Notes: generated from the letters alone by a model not told the origin. DNA of 64,000 nucleotides from Thermodesulfobacteriota bacterium (GCA_965223335.1 OZ244991.1:960001-1024000); one strand, 5' to 3'. Counted from the first letter of the stretch, positions 1 through 10,848 are shown. Made by a program: numbers and translations.

Positions 1-744
1 AGCAACTACAACACCGTAGTGCTATCGTCAGTCGGTATGGAAGACGACTATCCAAACTCGGATCTCTCAGACGCATTTTGCAAACAATTGGGCTATCAGG
101 CCCTCTACGAACAAAACGGTTTCTCTCTACACCCCCTAGACCTTGTTCGTAAGCTATTACCGCAATCCACACGTGTAGCCCTAAGCAAGCTTCTACCCAG
201 AGAAAGACGCGAGCAGCTACTATCCGATCAGTTCCGCAGGGACACAGACTGGTCAAAGACAAAGGCATTTTCGATCCCCGTATCTTACACAAGCTTTATT
301 TACATCAACCTCAAGGGCCGAGAACCCCAGGGTATAGTTTCACCCGGCCACGAATACAAAACGCTTCTAGACGAACTTGAAACTGAACTCAGTAAAATAA
401 TAGACCCCACTACAAACACACCCGCTGTTTATAAAATCCATCGCACAACTGAGATTTTTGATTGCGACCCCTACTCAGGGCTCCCCGACCTATTCGTGGA
501 GTGGAAACCCGGCTCATTCATGGACCGTGTAGAGCATCCCGGGGCTACTTTAAGACAGTCAGAGCCCGAATTTTTTAGACGGAGCGATCATTCGTCCCAA
601 GGATTCTTCGCTGCGTGTGGTCCATCCATTCAAAGTAGGGGAGCAAGAGAAGATATAAACATACTCGACCTCGCACCGACATTTCTTGACCTCTTAAACC
701 ACCAAGCTCCCGATTATATGGGGGGCAAGGTTATAAAACTATAG
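1..744 (+). CDS. Alkaline phosphatase superfamily (nucleotide pyrophosphatase/phosphodiesterase-like) protein, 5'-partial
   Basis: Frame is open from base 1. Motifs DWSKTKAFS, INLKGREPQGIV, SDH, DLAPTFL. Clear paralog of the next ORF's C-terminal half. Confidence 0.8.
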   Translation, partial: SNYNTVVLSSVGMEDDYPNSDLSDAFCKQLGYQALYEQNGFSLHPLDLVRKLLPQSTRVALSKLLPRERREQLLSDQFRRDTDWSKTKAFSIPVSYTSFIYINLKGREPQGIVSPGHEYKTLLDELETELSKIIDPTTNTPAVYKIHRTTEIFDCDPYSGLPDLFVEWKPGSFMDRVEHPGATLRQSEPEFFRRSDHSSQGFFAACGPSIQSRGAREDINILDLAPTFLDLLNHQAPDYMGGKVIKL

Positions 745-818
745 GCAAAAAAATCTATAGCACTATTTATTGAGTTGTTACCGATTTGTAGTCTATTATA
801 TTATTCTGGATAAAGTCT

Positions 819-2339
819 ATGACCTCACAAAAATCTCCGCTAATCCTATTGTGTATGGACTCGGCAGAACAGAGCTTTATTAAGAAATGGGCCGAGCAGG
901 GCTACCTCCCCACAATAGCGTCGATTATGAACAAAGGGTTTTGGGGCACCACCTCGGGCACTGAAATTATGAGTGAACACGGGATCTGGCTCTCTATGAT
1001 GAGCGGGGTGCCAAGAAGCAAGCATAACTATTACTATTGGCGTCCATTAAAAACCGGCACCTATGATTTAATCCATGCCGATTTAAGAAAAGTCGAGGCC
1101 AAACCGTTTTGGCACCTATTTAAAAACAACGGTAAGACAATAGCTACCATTGACATTCCCGAGGTCTACCCGGTAGAGGATTTAGACGGGATTCAGCTTG
1201 CAAACTGGGCCCCTCATAATCCCCGTTTTGAAAAACTCACAGTACCTAGCAGCATGCTAAAAGAGATAGATGACAACTTCCCCCTCGACGAGGTCGTAGA
1301 CGAGATATTAAACTGCTCAGTAGACGAGGATAGGAAGATACTCAGAAAATTACATAATCAGCTGGAACTAAAAGGCAAATTGTGCCGAGAGATTCTAAGC
1401 AAAAATAAATATGACTTTATCGCTTTTAATTTCTTTGAGTGTCATGTCGCCGGGCATCAGTTCGCAACATACAGCCCCGAGTTTCCCTACTCAGCTAAAA
1501 ACCAAGAAAGAGGAGCTGGGGATTTAGAACATGCTACTCGTGAGATCTATCAAGCGCTTGACAAAGAATTTGCAACTCTAATGTCCATGCTCCCGGATAA
1601 TACTAATGTAGTTATAGTCTCAGAGATAGGAATACAAGCGGATTTTCCCTCACAGAAACTCACCGAGGACTTCTGTATTAAATTGGGATATCAGGTCGCC
1701 AATACCAAGAGCTTAAATCCTATGACCATAGCACGCAGACTTGTACCCGAGAGATGGAGAGTAGCAGTAAGCAAGAATTTCCCAAAATCTACCCGTGAAC
1801 AGCTCTATACAGAGCAGTACAGAACCAAAACCGATTGGAGCAAAACAACCGCATTCTCAATCCCCGCGTTTTATACAGGGATGTTAAGGGTAAACTTACG
1901 GGGCCGTGAACCCCGGGGCATAGTAAATCCGGGCAGGGAGTATGCAGAGTTAGTGGATCGCTTGATATTGGACTTAGAACAGTTGGTCGAACCCGTCACA
2001 GATCAACGTGCAGTCTGCAACATTTGGAACGCATCTGACCTCTATGACGGCGATCCCCCTCCCGAGCTCCCCGATATCATATTTGAATGGACCGCTGTAC
2101 CGTTTTTTAGAAAGCGTGTCGTCCACCCCCATTGCGATATACGCCAGGAACAAGGAGAATACATACGCGATACGCACCATACTCATATTGGGTTTATAGC
2201 AGGAGCCGGGCCAGGCATAAAAAACATAGGAGAGCTAGACGGCATAGATATATTGGATATGGCCCCCACGTTCCTACACCTTATGGGAGAGGACACACCC
2301 GATTATATGCCGGGCAATATTCTAGAGGCCGCAAAGTAA
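819..2339 (+). CDS. Alkaline phosphatase superfamily phosphodiesterase-like protein
   Basis: LLCMDSA metal motif, SxxGIWxSMMSG nucleophile region, ECHxxGH, VNLRGREPRGIV, DMAPTFL. Confidence 0.8.
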   Translation: MTSQKSPLILLCMDSAEQSFIKKWAEQGYLPTIASIMNKGFWGTTSGTEIMSEHGIWLSMMSGVPRSKHNYYYWRPLKTGTYDLIHADLRKVEAKPFWHLFKNNGKTIATIDIPEVYPVEDLDGIQLANWAPHNPRFEKLTVPSSMLKEIDDNFPLDEVVDEILNCSVDEDRKILRKLHNQLELKGKLCREILSKNKYDFIAFNFFECHVAGHQFATYSPEFPYSAKNQERGAGDLEHATREIYQALDKEFATLMSMLPDNTNVVIVSEIGIQADFPSQKLTEDFCIKLGYQVANTKSLNPMTIARRLVPERWRVAVSKNFPKSTREQLYTEQYRTKTDWSKTTAFSIPAFYTGMLRVNLRGREPRGIVNPGREYAELVDRLILDLEQLVEPVTDQRAVCNIWNASDLYDGDPPPELPDIIFEWTAVPFFRKRVVHPHCDIRQEQGEYIRDTHHTHIGFIAGAGPGIKNIGELDGIDILDMAPTFLHLMGEDTPDYMPGNILEAAK

Positions 2340-2365
2340 CTCCGGACACAAGAGTAGATTAAACA

Positions 2366-3238
2366 ATGTACTTACCTTTCCTAAGCTCAAAGAAAGATGG
2401 CAGGTTACCAAACCTGGTAATAATCGGTGCACAGAAGTGCGGCACAACAAGTTTGCACTACTACCTCGGCCACCACCCCGAGATTCGTATGACCCTCATA
2501 AAGGAACTGGACTTTTTCCCCGATCAGCGCAACTGGCACAAGGGAGTGGATTGGTACAAATCACATTTTAGGGGCGACTTTAAGGTTCTGGGCGAATCCT
2601 CACCAAATTATACATACTATCCCAAGTGGCAAAACGTCCCCGAGAGGATGCACTCAGTAATACCCGATGCAAAGCTCATATATTTGGTACGCGACCCAAT
2701 TGAGCGAATTATCTCCCACTATATTCACAGATGCGCTGCGGGCCTCGAGCACAGAACCATAGAAGAATGCCTGGAACAAATCGACTCAAACAATATTTAT
2801 GTATGCAGGAGCATGTACCATATGCAGCTGTCGCGGTTCCTCTCCCACTATGATCAAAAACAAATTTTAGTCCTCAACCAACAAGACCTGCTCGAAAGTC
2901 GATTAGAAACTCTAACCAAAGTGTTCGACTTTCTTGGGGTAGATAACACAGTGCATAACGACAAATTTATGAACTTACGACACAAGTCTTCTAAAAAGAG
3001 GCAAAAAACCAATTTCGGTACATACCTATCACAATTACCGATCATAAGGTCTCTCGACCTTCTAAGACCGGGTTTAAAGTGGAGAATAGAGTCTTGGCTC
3101 TATAGGCCGTTCTCAGAACCGATCAGACGCCCTCAATTAAACGAGGATACAGTCGAGAAACTGACCGCCTACTTAACGGATGATATTAATCAGTTCCGCG
3201 CACTTATAGGAACCAACACCAAAAATTGGTCAATATAA
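2366..3238 (+). CDS. PAPS-dependent sulfotransferase (heparan-sulfate-ST-like bacterial family)
   Basis: IGAQKCGTTSL 5'-PSB loop; LVRDPIERIIS 3'-PB motif. Confidence 0.9.
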   Translation: MYLPFLSSKKDGRLPNLVIIGAQKCGTTSLHYYLGHHPEIRMTLIKELDFFPDQRNWHKGVDWYKSHFRGDFKVLGESSPNYTYYPKWQNVPERMHSVIPDAKLIYLVRDPIERIISHYIHRCAAGLEHRTIEECLEQIDSNNIYVCRSMYHMQLSRFLSHYDQKQILVLNQQDLLESRLETLTKVFDFLGVDNTVHNDKFMNLRHKSSKKRQKTNFGTYLSQLPIIRSLDLLRPGLKWRIESWLYRPFSEPIRRPQLNEDTVEKLTAYLTDDINQFRALIGTNTKNWSI

Positions 3239-3248
3239 CTACCCTCAG

Positions 3249-4091
3249 ATGTCCGTTACGAAAAAGAAACTAGACAGAGCTCTGTCGGTTATGACGAACT
3301 ATCTACCGTCACTATACGGTGGATATAAAAACAGCAGTCTTTTCTCGTATATCAACAACTACTGTTTTTTTATAGGATATCCACGTAGCGGCCATAGTCT
3401 CGTGGGCGCACTCTTAGACGCCCACCCAAATATTATCATTTCACACGAAGTCGATGCTTTCAGGTATCTGAATTGGCACTATAGCAAAAACCAATTATTT
3501 CAGCTGATATTGGAAAAATCAAAAAACGATGCTCTAAGGGGCCGTAAATCCAGAAAATACTCTTATTTTGTCCCCGATCAGTGGCAGGGAAGGTTTAGCA
3601 CTATCAAAACCATAGGGGATAAACACGGCGAGGGCGCAACCCTTCGAATTAAGCATTATCCGGGCCTGATCGACAAACTGAGAGATAGTGTCGGGACAAT
3701 AAAGATTATACACGTGACTAGAAACCCCTACGACAACATTACTACGATGTTTAATATGGCCAAACGCGGTCACGACCTAACTCAGTCAATTGACTACTAC
3801 TTTTCTTTATGCGAGACGGTATCGAAAATAAAAAAACAGCTGCGTGAGGATGAATTTTACGAACTCACACACGAATCCTTTATAGAAAACCCAAGGCATC
3901 ACCTACAAAAATTATGTATATTTCTGGGAGTAGAACCCGAGGAAGACTATATTAACGCCTGTGTGAATATAGTTAATGAATCGCCCCGTAAAACCCGAAA
4001 ACACATAGATTGGCCCAATGATTTAATCGAACTTGTTGGCGATAAAATTAAAAGCTACGAATTTACAACACAATATTCTTACGACGATTAA
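3249..4091 (+). CDS. Sulfotransferase family protein
   Basis: IGYPRSGHS PSB-like loop, GDK, HVTRNPYDN 3'-PB motif. Confidence 0.85.
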   Translation: MSVTKKKLDRALSVMTNYLPSLYGGYKNSSLFSYINNYCFFIGYPRSGHSLVGALLDAHPNIIISHEVDAFRYLNWHYSKNQLFQLILEKSKNDALRGRKSRKYSYFVPDQWQGRFSTIKTIGDKHGEGATLRIKHYPGLIDKLRDSVGTIKIIHVTRNPYDNITTMFNMAKRGHDLTQSIDYYFSLCETVSKIKKQLREDEFYELTHESFIENPRHHLQKLCIFLGVEPEEDYINACVNIVNESPRKTRKHIDWPNDLIELVGDKIKSYEFTTQYSYDD

Positions 4092-4103
4092 TTATCTTTA
4101 CAC

Positions 4104-4949
4104 ATGAAACATCTTATCCCCCGAAAAACAAACCTCTGGTCCATAGCCAAGCAGTACCCCTCTTCGGCAATCGGTGGCATCGCAAACAAAAAACTGTTCG
4201 ATGACGTAAACACCTACTGCATGTTCGTCGGCTATCCCCGTAGCGGCCACAGCCTCATAGGGTCACTGCTCGACGCCCACCCCGAAATTGTAATCGCTCA
4301 CGAACAGGGCGCACTCAAATACATACACGCCCGTTTCAGCAAGCTACAGCTGTTTTACATGCTCTTAGCAAACTCGCGCGAAAGGGCTCGAAAAGGCAGG
4401 ACATCGGGAGAGTATTCGTACCAGGTACAAAACCAGTGGCAGGGAAAGTTTACAAAAATAAAAGTCATCGGCGACAAACAGGGCGGCGGTGCCACACTCA
4501 GGCTGCGCGACAAACCCGAATTGCTTGGGCGTCTGATGAATACTGTAATACACAATGTAAAGATAGTTCATGTTGTAAGGAACCCATTTGATAACATTGC
4601 TACTATATATAAGCGCGCCAAAGGACAAACCTCCATAGATGGGGCCATTGAGAGCTATTTCGAGCTCTGCAAAACGGTGCTCAATACCAAAGCCCGAGTT
4701 GCTGGCGAGAACTGGTACGACTTGACCCACGAAAGTTTTATCATTAACCCCGGTAGGGAACTAAACAATCTCTGCTCTTTCCTGGGCCTTAGTGCCGCGC
4801 CCGATTACTTAACAGATTGTGCACAGATAGTCTATAATTCCCCTCACAAAAGCCGCCATGACCTATCATGGGAAACCGAACACATAGATAAAATCAACTC
4901 TCAAATATCCGAAATCCCCTATCTCCAGACATACACATTCGATGACTAA
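4104..4949 (+). CDS. Sulfotransferase family protein (tandem paralog of previous gene)
   Basis: VGYPRSGHS, GDK, HVVRNPFDN; aligns along its full length with 3249..4091. Confidence 0.85.
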   Translation: MKHLIPRKTNLWSIAKQYPSSAIGGIANKKLFDDVNTYCMFVGYPRSGHSLIGSLLDAHPEIVIAHEQGALKYIHARFSKLQLFYMLLANSRERARKGRTSGEYSYQVQNQWQGKFTKIKVIGDKQGGGATLRLRDKPELLGRLMNTVIHNVKIVHVVRNPFDNIATIYKRAKGQTSIDGAIESYFELCKTVLNTKARVAGENWYDLTHESFIINPGRELNNLCSFLGLSAAPDYLTDCAQIVYNSPHKSRHDLSWETEHIDKINSQISEIPYLQTYTFDD

Positions 4950-4963
4950 ACACTGCTCACTAA

Positions 4964-6430
4964 ATGAAGCATACTCACACTAGAACCGGAAGGCACTTTC
5001 TCGGCGGCACCCTATGGGTCCTGTTGGCCGAGTCCGTAAAAGTGCCTACGGGCCTTATTACAACCATTTTTCTTATCCGCAAGCTCGGGCCCGACGGCTT
5101 CGGGGCTTTCGCTCTATCCGTTGCAGTGGTTACCTGGATAGAGGTTGCGGTAAACGGTGTATTTGGGTGGACCACAGTCAAGTTCATCGGCAGTAACGAG
5201 CACTGGGAACCCATCGCCACCAAGATATTCAGGGCCAATATTGTCATAAGCACCTCGGCAATGGTCTTGCTCTGGATAATGGCACCCTACATAGCCGAAG
5301 TCCTAAACGAACCCTCACTTTCGGGCTATCTCCGGCTTTTCTCACTCGATATCCCTATCTTTACAATCTCGAGGTTCCATAGACGGGTGTTAGTAGGGCT
5401 CGGCCACTTCAGAGAGCGGGCTTTGGCAACCGCAGGTCACTGGGTATCCAAGTTACTTATTATCGTAATCCTGGTTGAGCTCGGTCTATCGGTAGAGGGT
5501 GCGATTCTTGGCAGCATAGGCGCATCGGTAGCTGAACTTATAATCGGCAGATACTATATTCGCCCATCTTTTTTCAAACACACAGACTACCCGTTACAAA
5601 ACCTCTGGAGCTATGCTGCTCCGCTTTTCCTCTTAGCACTAAGCCTTAGGTTCTACGACAAATTAGACTTGCTCATGCTAAAAGGGCTGGGCGCTACGAC
5701 GGCTATGGCAGGTATCTATGCCGTGGCCCAAAACTTTACACTTTTCCCAAGGCTTCTATCCGTATCCGTAACCCCGGTACTACTATCCACACTCTCTCGC
5801 CTGCTCCGCACCGAGAAGATGGATACAGCCAAACTGCTTGCATCCAAAGCACTGCGCATACCTATATTACTCGTGCCGTTCGCCGCACTTACGGCCGGCT
5901 GCTCAGAGGAGATTATACGACTATTGATAGGCACCCAATACATAGAGTCTGCTCATCTTTTCTCAGTGCTCATTTTCTCGGCTGTGGCAATGCTAATAAT
6001 CTCAGAATGTATCGCGATACTCATTGCTCGTGGCAGGCCAGGTCTTACATTTGCGATACTAGGCCCTTTCATACCCTTGGCATTTGCAGGTTACTTTATT
6101 TTTATTCCAAAATACGGCGCAATGGGAGCAGCTGTTACAGCCTCTTCTCTATCCATTGCAGCCGCCATACTCATACTCATTGCAGTCTATGCCGTGTGGC
6201 AAATCACAGTGCCGTTTTCCACTTTTATACGGTCGATGTTCATTTCAGTATTTGCATTTTTCTTAGCTTATTATTTAAACACAGATGGAATTTTAGTAAT
6301 ATTAAAAATGTTGATTCTCTCTGCAATAGTTGTTTTAATTTACATAGCGACCAAGGAGTTTGATGAACAGGAGATCAAAACTATACGCGAGCTCATTGTT
6401 TTAAAAATCTGGCCCAATCACAAGCAATGA
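4964..6430 (+). CDS. Polysaccharide flippase (Wzx/MOP family)
   Basis: About 12-14 TM segments, RKLGPDGFG, DLLML..AGIY motifs; located in a glycan cluster. Confidence 0.85.
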   Translation: MKHTHTRTGRHFLGGTLWVLLAESVKVPTGLITTIFLIRKLGPDGFGAFALSVAVVTWIEVAVNGVFGWTTVKFIGSNEHWEPIATKIFRANIVISTSAMVLLWIMAPYIAEVLNEPSLSGYLRLFSLDIPIFTISRFHRRVLVGLGHFRERALATAGHWVSKLLIIVILVELGLSVEGAILGSIGASVAELIIGRYYIRPSFFKHTDYPLQNLWSYAAPLFLLALSLRFYDKLDLLMLKGLGATTAMAGIYAVAQNFTLFPRLLSVSVTPVLLSTLSRLLRTEKMDTAKLLASKALRIPILLVPFAALTAGCSEEIIRLLIGTQYIESAHLFSVLIFSAVAMLIISECIAILIARGRPGLTFAILGPFIPLAFAGYFIFIPKYGAMGAAVTASSLSIAAAILILIAVYAVWQITVPFSTFIRSMFISVFAFFLAYYLNTDGILVILKMLILSAIVVLIYIATKEFDEQEIKTIRELIVLKIWPNHKQ

Positions 6431-7314
6431 ATAAGAGCAATAACCCGGTATTCTCTATAGTTATACCCACTTATGGCAGATCGAGGTTGCTATCGAACTG
6501 TCTACTATCTATATCCAACCTTTCCTATCCCCCTGAGAAGTTCGAGGTCATAGTGGTTGATGACGGCAGTCACGCTCCTCCTACGAAGATTGTGGAAGAT
6601 TATAAAAAGAGCCTTAACATCGAACTCATTCACCAAGATCACAAGGGTCCGGCTGCAGCGCGGAACCTTGGTGTATCAGCATCGAAAGGGCAGTACCTCG
6701 CTTTCACGGATGACGATTGCACCGTACAGGCAAACTGGCTATACACTTTTGAAAAAAGACTCGCTAAGAATAACAACTGTATTATAGCAGGCCGTGTACT
6801 AAACGCCCTTCCCAGTAATATCTATTCAACCGCAAGCCAGCTCCTCGTAGATTACTTGAGCTCATACTTTAAAAACGGGAACCATACTACATTTTTAACA
6901 TCCAACAACATGTGCTTATCGCGAGAGCTTTTTGATCGCCTCGGGGGGTTTGACGAATCTTTCCCGCGTGCCGCCGCCGAGGACCGTGAGTTCTGTGACC
7001 GTTCAATCCACGAGGGATACAAGGTCAGGTACGAGCCCCTCGCAATTGTGAACCATTATCACTACCTCACACTAAATAGGTTTTATCGTCAACACTATAA
7101 TTACGGCCGTGGAGCATATCATTTCCACAAAATCCGTTCCAAACGCACTAACGAACCTATAAAAATCGAACACCGATTCTTTTATTCAAAATTGCTGCTT
7201 TACCCGTTTAGCGTATCAGCTCCCAGTAAATACACTTTATCAGCACTTATGTTTCTTACCCAGTTTGCACATACAATAGGCTTTTTCAGAAGTAAATTTC
7301 TACCCGAAAAATAA
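6427..7314 (+). CDS. Glycosyltransferase family 2
   Basis: SIVIPTY, VVDDGS, GPAAARN, FTDDD, GGFDE..AEDRE. Confidence 0.93.
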   Translation: MNKSNNPVFSIVIPTYGRSRLLSNCLLSISNLSYPPEKFEVIVVDDGSHAPPTKIVEDYKKSLNIELIHQDHKGPAAARNLGVSASKGQYLAFTDDDCTVQANWLYTFEKRLAKNNNCIIAGRVLNALPSNIYSTASQLLVDYLSSYFKNGNHTTFLTSNNMCLSRELFDRLGGFDESFPRAAAEDREFCDRSIHEGYKVRYEPLAIVNHYHYLTLNRFYRQHYNYGRGAYHFHKIRSKRTNEPIKIEHRFFYSKLLLYPFSVSAPSKYTLSALMFLTQFAHTIGFFRSKFLPEK

Positions 7315-7350
7315 TTGGTCTAAAATCCTATGAGTTACTGTCTGTGTTAA

Positions 7351-8373
7351 ATGAGTAATCCCACTAGATCCCTTGTCTCAGTAATAGTGCCCGTTCATAA
7401 CAGTGCGAGGTACATCCCTAAATGTCTCGGTGCGATCAACAAGTCCGACTATGATCAAATCGAACTTATAGTTGTAGATGATGGCTCCCGGGATGACTCC
7501 GCTTCATTAGCCGAGTCCCTAGGTGCGATAGTTTTGAAACTGGACACCAATTCTGGGCAGGCCAGGGCAAGAAACATAGGCGCCCAAAAAGCAAACGGAA
7601 ACATACTGGTGTTTATTGATTCCGATGTAGTCATACAACCAACCACTATCACTCAAATCGTAGAGTCATTCCAAGCCAATCCCCAAGTTGTTGCACTTTT
7701 CGGTTCCTACGATCAGAACCCTCCTGAACAAAACTTTGTATCACAGTACAGAAACCTCTTCCATCATTACACCCATCAAAACGCTAACCCCGATGCTGTT
7801 ACATTTTGGACCGGCTGCGGGGCAATCTATAGGGATCTCTTTTTAGACCTGGGTGGGTTCGATGAGTCTTATTATGCAATGGAAGACATAGAGCTTGGTT
7901 ATAGGATCCATCAATCGGGCAAAAAAATTCTTCTTGATAAGAACTTGCTCGTAACACATCTAAAACAATGGACTTTTCTATATCTTATAAAGACGGATTT
8001 TTCCTACAGGGCCGTGCCTTGGTCCAATTTAATCCTACGAACCGGATTCATACCCAAGGAACTAAACCTAAAAACTACTGACCGCTTGAGTGCTGTTTTA
8101 GTCGGAATTTCAGTTCTGCTTCTTTTACTAATTGTCGCAAGATTGCTTCTGCCAACTGCTTCAATTATTCATTACCGCTGGCTACTCCCGGCGCTCTTAC
8201 TGGTATTTATCGCAATAGCAGTGCTCAATCACAGACTCTACTCGTTTTTTCTACAAAAGAGAGGACTCGGGTTTATGCTCCTATCAATACCAATGCACGT
8301 TTTATATTATCTGATAAGTGCAATTGGGTTTATCTATAGCTGGGTGGGTAATCACTTGAAAAAAGCTAGTTGA
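7351..8373 (+). CDS. Glycosyltransferase family 2 with C-terminal TM helices
   Basis: SVIVPVHN, VVDDGS, ARN, FIDSD, EDIELG; hydrophobic C-terminus. Confidence 0.92.
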   Translation: MSNPTRSLVSVIVPVHNSARYIPKCLGAINKSDYDQIELIVVDDGSRDDSASLAESLGAIVLKLDTNSGQARARNIGAQKANGNILVFIDSDVVIQPTTITQIVESFQANPQVVALFGSYDQNPPEQNFVSQYRNLFHHYTHQNANPDAVTFWTGCGAIYRDLFLDLGGFDESYYAMEDIELGYRIHQSGKKILLDKNLLVTHLKQWTFLYLIKTDFSYRAVPWSNLILRTGFIPKELNLKTTDRLSAVLVGISVLLLLLIVARLLLPTASIIHYRWLLPALLLVFIAIAVLNHRLYSFFLQKRGLGFMLLSIPMHVLYYLISAIGFIYSWVGNHLKKAS

Positions 8374-8400
8374 AATTAACGGAGCAATATATCGTAAGTG

Positions 8401-8991
8401 TTATGAAGATGTATATGTACCGGTCAGCTTTTTAACCTTCTCCAGTTCCTCGGGTTCATCCAGGTTAACACCTTTACCCATCTCATAGAGATAATTAGCA
8501 TTGTCCCTGGGAGCCTCGCTCCTCACATTGGGGTCGAAAAACACTTCTTTTGTGTGTACAAGGCCGGCTCGGTTGTATGAGGCCAGCTCATACTTCATCC
8601 CCATACGAAGCGCATCACATGGACAGGCCTCAACACAAAACCCGCAGAACACGCACCTCATAAAATCTATATTATAAACCTTTGGCCTTCTCTCAATACC
8701 GTAGTCGTCGGCCGGTTCGGCAACAATGGATATTGCCTGCGTAGGGCATGCTATCTCGCACAGTTTACAAGCCACACACCTTATCTCCCCGGTATCATCC
8801 CCCGGCATCACATGAAGCCCCCTGTAACGCGGCGGCAGTTCCTTTACCTCCTCCGGGTATTGCACGGTAATCGTCCTCATCCTAAGCAAGTGTTTGATGG
8901 TGATTAACAACCCGCCTAGTATCTGTGGAAAATATAGCCTCTCATACCACTTGAGTTTAGGCTGTTCGAGGACTTTTATCTTTATAGACAT
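8401..8991 (-). CDS. nuoI: NADH-quinone oxidoreductase subunit I (2x[4Fe-4S])
   Basis: TVQYPEE..RYRG, CVACKLCEIACP, CVFCGFCVEACP. Confidence 0.93.
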   Translation of the reverse strand: MSIKIKVLEQPKLKWYERLYFPQILGGLLITIKHLLRMRTITVQYPEEVKELPPRYRGLHVMPGDDTGEIRCVACKLCEIACPTQAISIVAEPADDYGIERRPKVYNIDFMRCVFCGFCVEACPCDALRMGMKYELASYNRAGLVHTKEVFFDPNVRSEAPRDNANYLYEMGKGVNLDEPEELEKVKKLTGTYTSS

Positions 8992-9066
8992 ATTTATTTC
9001 CTTGTAAATACGGTATTAAGTTATAACACAAACCGACATTTTTGAAAGATCGCGTTAACAATAAGA

Positions 9067-10848
9067 TCAGCTCGTAGTGCTTAAGTCCCTCATTACTCGT
9101 TTGTATGCAACCGCACCCGCAACAATCGAAATAACTATCATCAGACACCCTAATGCAGGTGCCCCCAAGAGCAGTTTCCCGACCCCGAGCATGCCAAATA
9201 GTATACACAGTACCCCGAGCAACCAATTTACCAGCACGCCCGAAAACGGTTCGGGTCCCCCAACCTTTATGTTCTCACGCACAGGCCCCCACATGCCCCA
9301 GGGACGCACCCTTTTGTAAAACGCTTCAAGTGTATCCAATGGTTCAGGTTTCGTGAGATAGGTAACCACCACCCACGTAACAAGTGAAACCGGTATCACG
9401 AGTATCTGGTGGCTAAGCTCAAGCCCCACACCCTTCGATCTGGTATAGACAATCAAAACAAGTATGGTCACCAGAGACGAGGCCAGCGCTGATATCTCGG
9501 ACCATGCATTTATCCTCCACCAAAACCATCTGAGTACCAAGACCAAACCGATACCGGCACTCATGGCCCAAAGAAAGATCCATGCCTGTCCAATGTTTTT
9601 GATATGAAACGCAAAGAACCCGGCCAGCACCGTGAGCAGCAGTGTACAAATCCTCGCGATGAGAATATAATGAGGCTCACTCGCATCCTTTACCAAAAAT
9701 CTCCTATAAATATCGTTCATTAAATACGACGCCCCCCAGTTAAGCTGGGTAGACAGTGTAGACATAAAAGCAGCAAGGAAACTTACAAACAAAAGCCCCC
9801 GCAACCCGGGACCCAAGTAATCACGGATGATTGCTATATATACCGCCTCATTATCGCCACCCGTAATCTCCGCAGTTGGGTATATAATCATCGAAGCCAA
9901 TGCAACCAGCACCCAGGGCCACAAACGGACGATGTAGTGGTTTATTGCGAACCAGGCTGTACCCAAAACCGCATGACGCTCATCCTTGGCCGAGCATATA
10001 CGCTGTATAAAATAGCCCCCGCCGTCCGCATTATGCGAGGACCACCATATCACCGTCACATATACGAGGAATGCAAAAAAGCTCGAGGACCAAAACCCCC
10101 CGCTCACAGGATCACCATCAGTGGGGCCTACACTAAATGCGGTCTTAGTGGCATCCAAATCCCCCAGCTTTTCTATAAAACCGCTTAACCCCCCGATCTC
10201 AGGCGACCCAATCACTACCCAGGCCAATATTATTGTGCCGAATAGCGCTATGAAATATTGCAGAAAATCTGTAAGCGCCACTCCCCACAGCCCTGACATC
10301 ATGGTGTAAAAAAAAGCAATCGAGATGCATATCACTATCGCAACCGTCGTGTCCACGCCAAAAAACACCTTAAACACCTTTGCCATGGCGCTTATCACCC
10401 AGCCCATTACTATGAAGTTGAACAACGTCGAGAAATAGAACGCCTTAAACCCCCTCAGAAACGCAGCGGGCTTCCCGCTATATCTAATCTCTATTAGTTC
10501 GTTATCCGTGATAACCTCGGCCCTTCTCCAAAGCCTGGCGAATACCAATACGATAAACACGTGACTAAACAGGTAGTTCCACCAAAACCAGTTCTTCCAT
10601 ATCCCCTCGGTCCGCACCCATCCTGTCACCGCAAGAGGTGTGTCGGCAGCAAATGTCGTAGCCACCATAGAGGTGCCCAGTATCCACCACGGCAGATTTC
10701 GCCCAGTGACAAAGTAAGAGGTCATGCTCCCGCTAGCACGCCTCGTGAAGTAAACCCCTATCCCAAGCGAGATTAACAGATACGCTGCCACGATTATCCA
10801 ATCCGCCGTGCTGAGTGTTGATAGTGCTGTTTGTAGGGAACTGTGCAT
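9067..10848 (-). CDS. Sodium:solute symporter (SSS/SLC5 family)
   Basis: YFVTGRNLPWW, SMVATTFAADTP, LAAFMST motifs; about 14 TM segments. Confidence 0.9.
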   Translation of the reverse strand: MHSSLQTALSTLSTADWIIVAAYLLISLGIGVYFTRRASGSMTSYFVTGRNLPWWILGTSMVATTFAADTPLAVTGWVRTEGIWKNWFWWNYLFSHVFIVLVFARLWRRAEVITDNELIEIRYSGKPAAFLRGFKAFYFSTLFNFIVMGWVISAMAKVFKVFFGVDTTVAIVICISIAFFYTMMSGLWGVALTDFLQYFIALFGTIILAWVVIGSPEIGGLSGFIEKLGDLDATKTAFSVGPTDGDPVSGGFWSSSFFAFLVYVTVIWWSSHNADGGGYFIQRICSAKDERHAVLGTAWFAINHYIVRLWPWVLVALASMIIYPTAEITGGDNEAVYIAIIRDYLGPGLRGLLFVSFLAAFMSTLSTQLNWGASYLMNDIYRRFLVKDASEPHYILIARICTLLLTVLAGFFAFHIKNIGQAWIFLWAMSAGIGLVLVLRWFWWRINAWSEISALASSLVTILVLIVYTRSKGVGLELSHQILVIPVSLVTWVVVTYLTKPEPLDTLEAFYKRVRPWGMWGPVRENIKVGGPEPFSGVLVNWLLGVLCILFGMLGVGKLLLGAPALGCLMIVISIVAGAVAYKRVMRDLSTTS

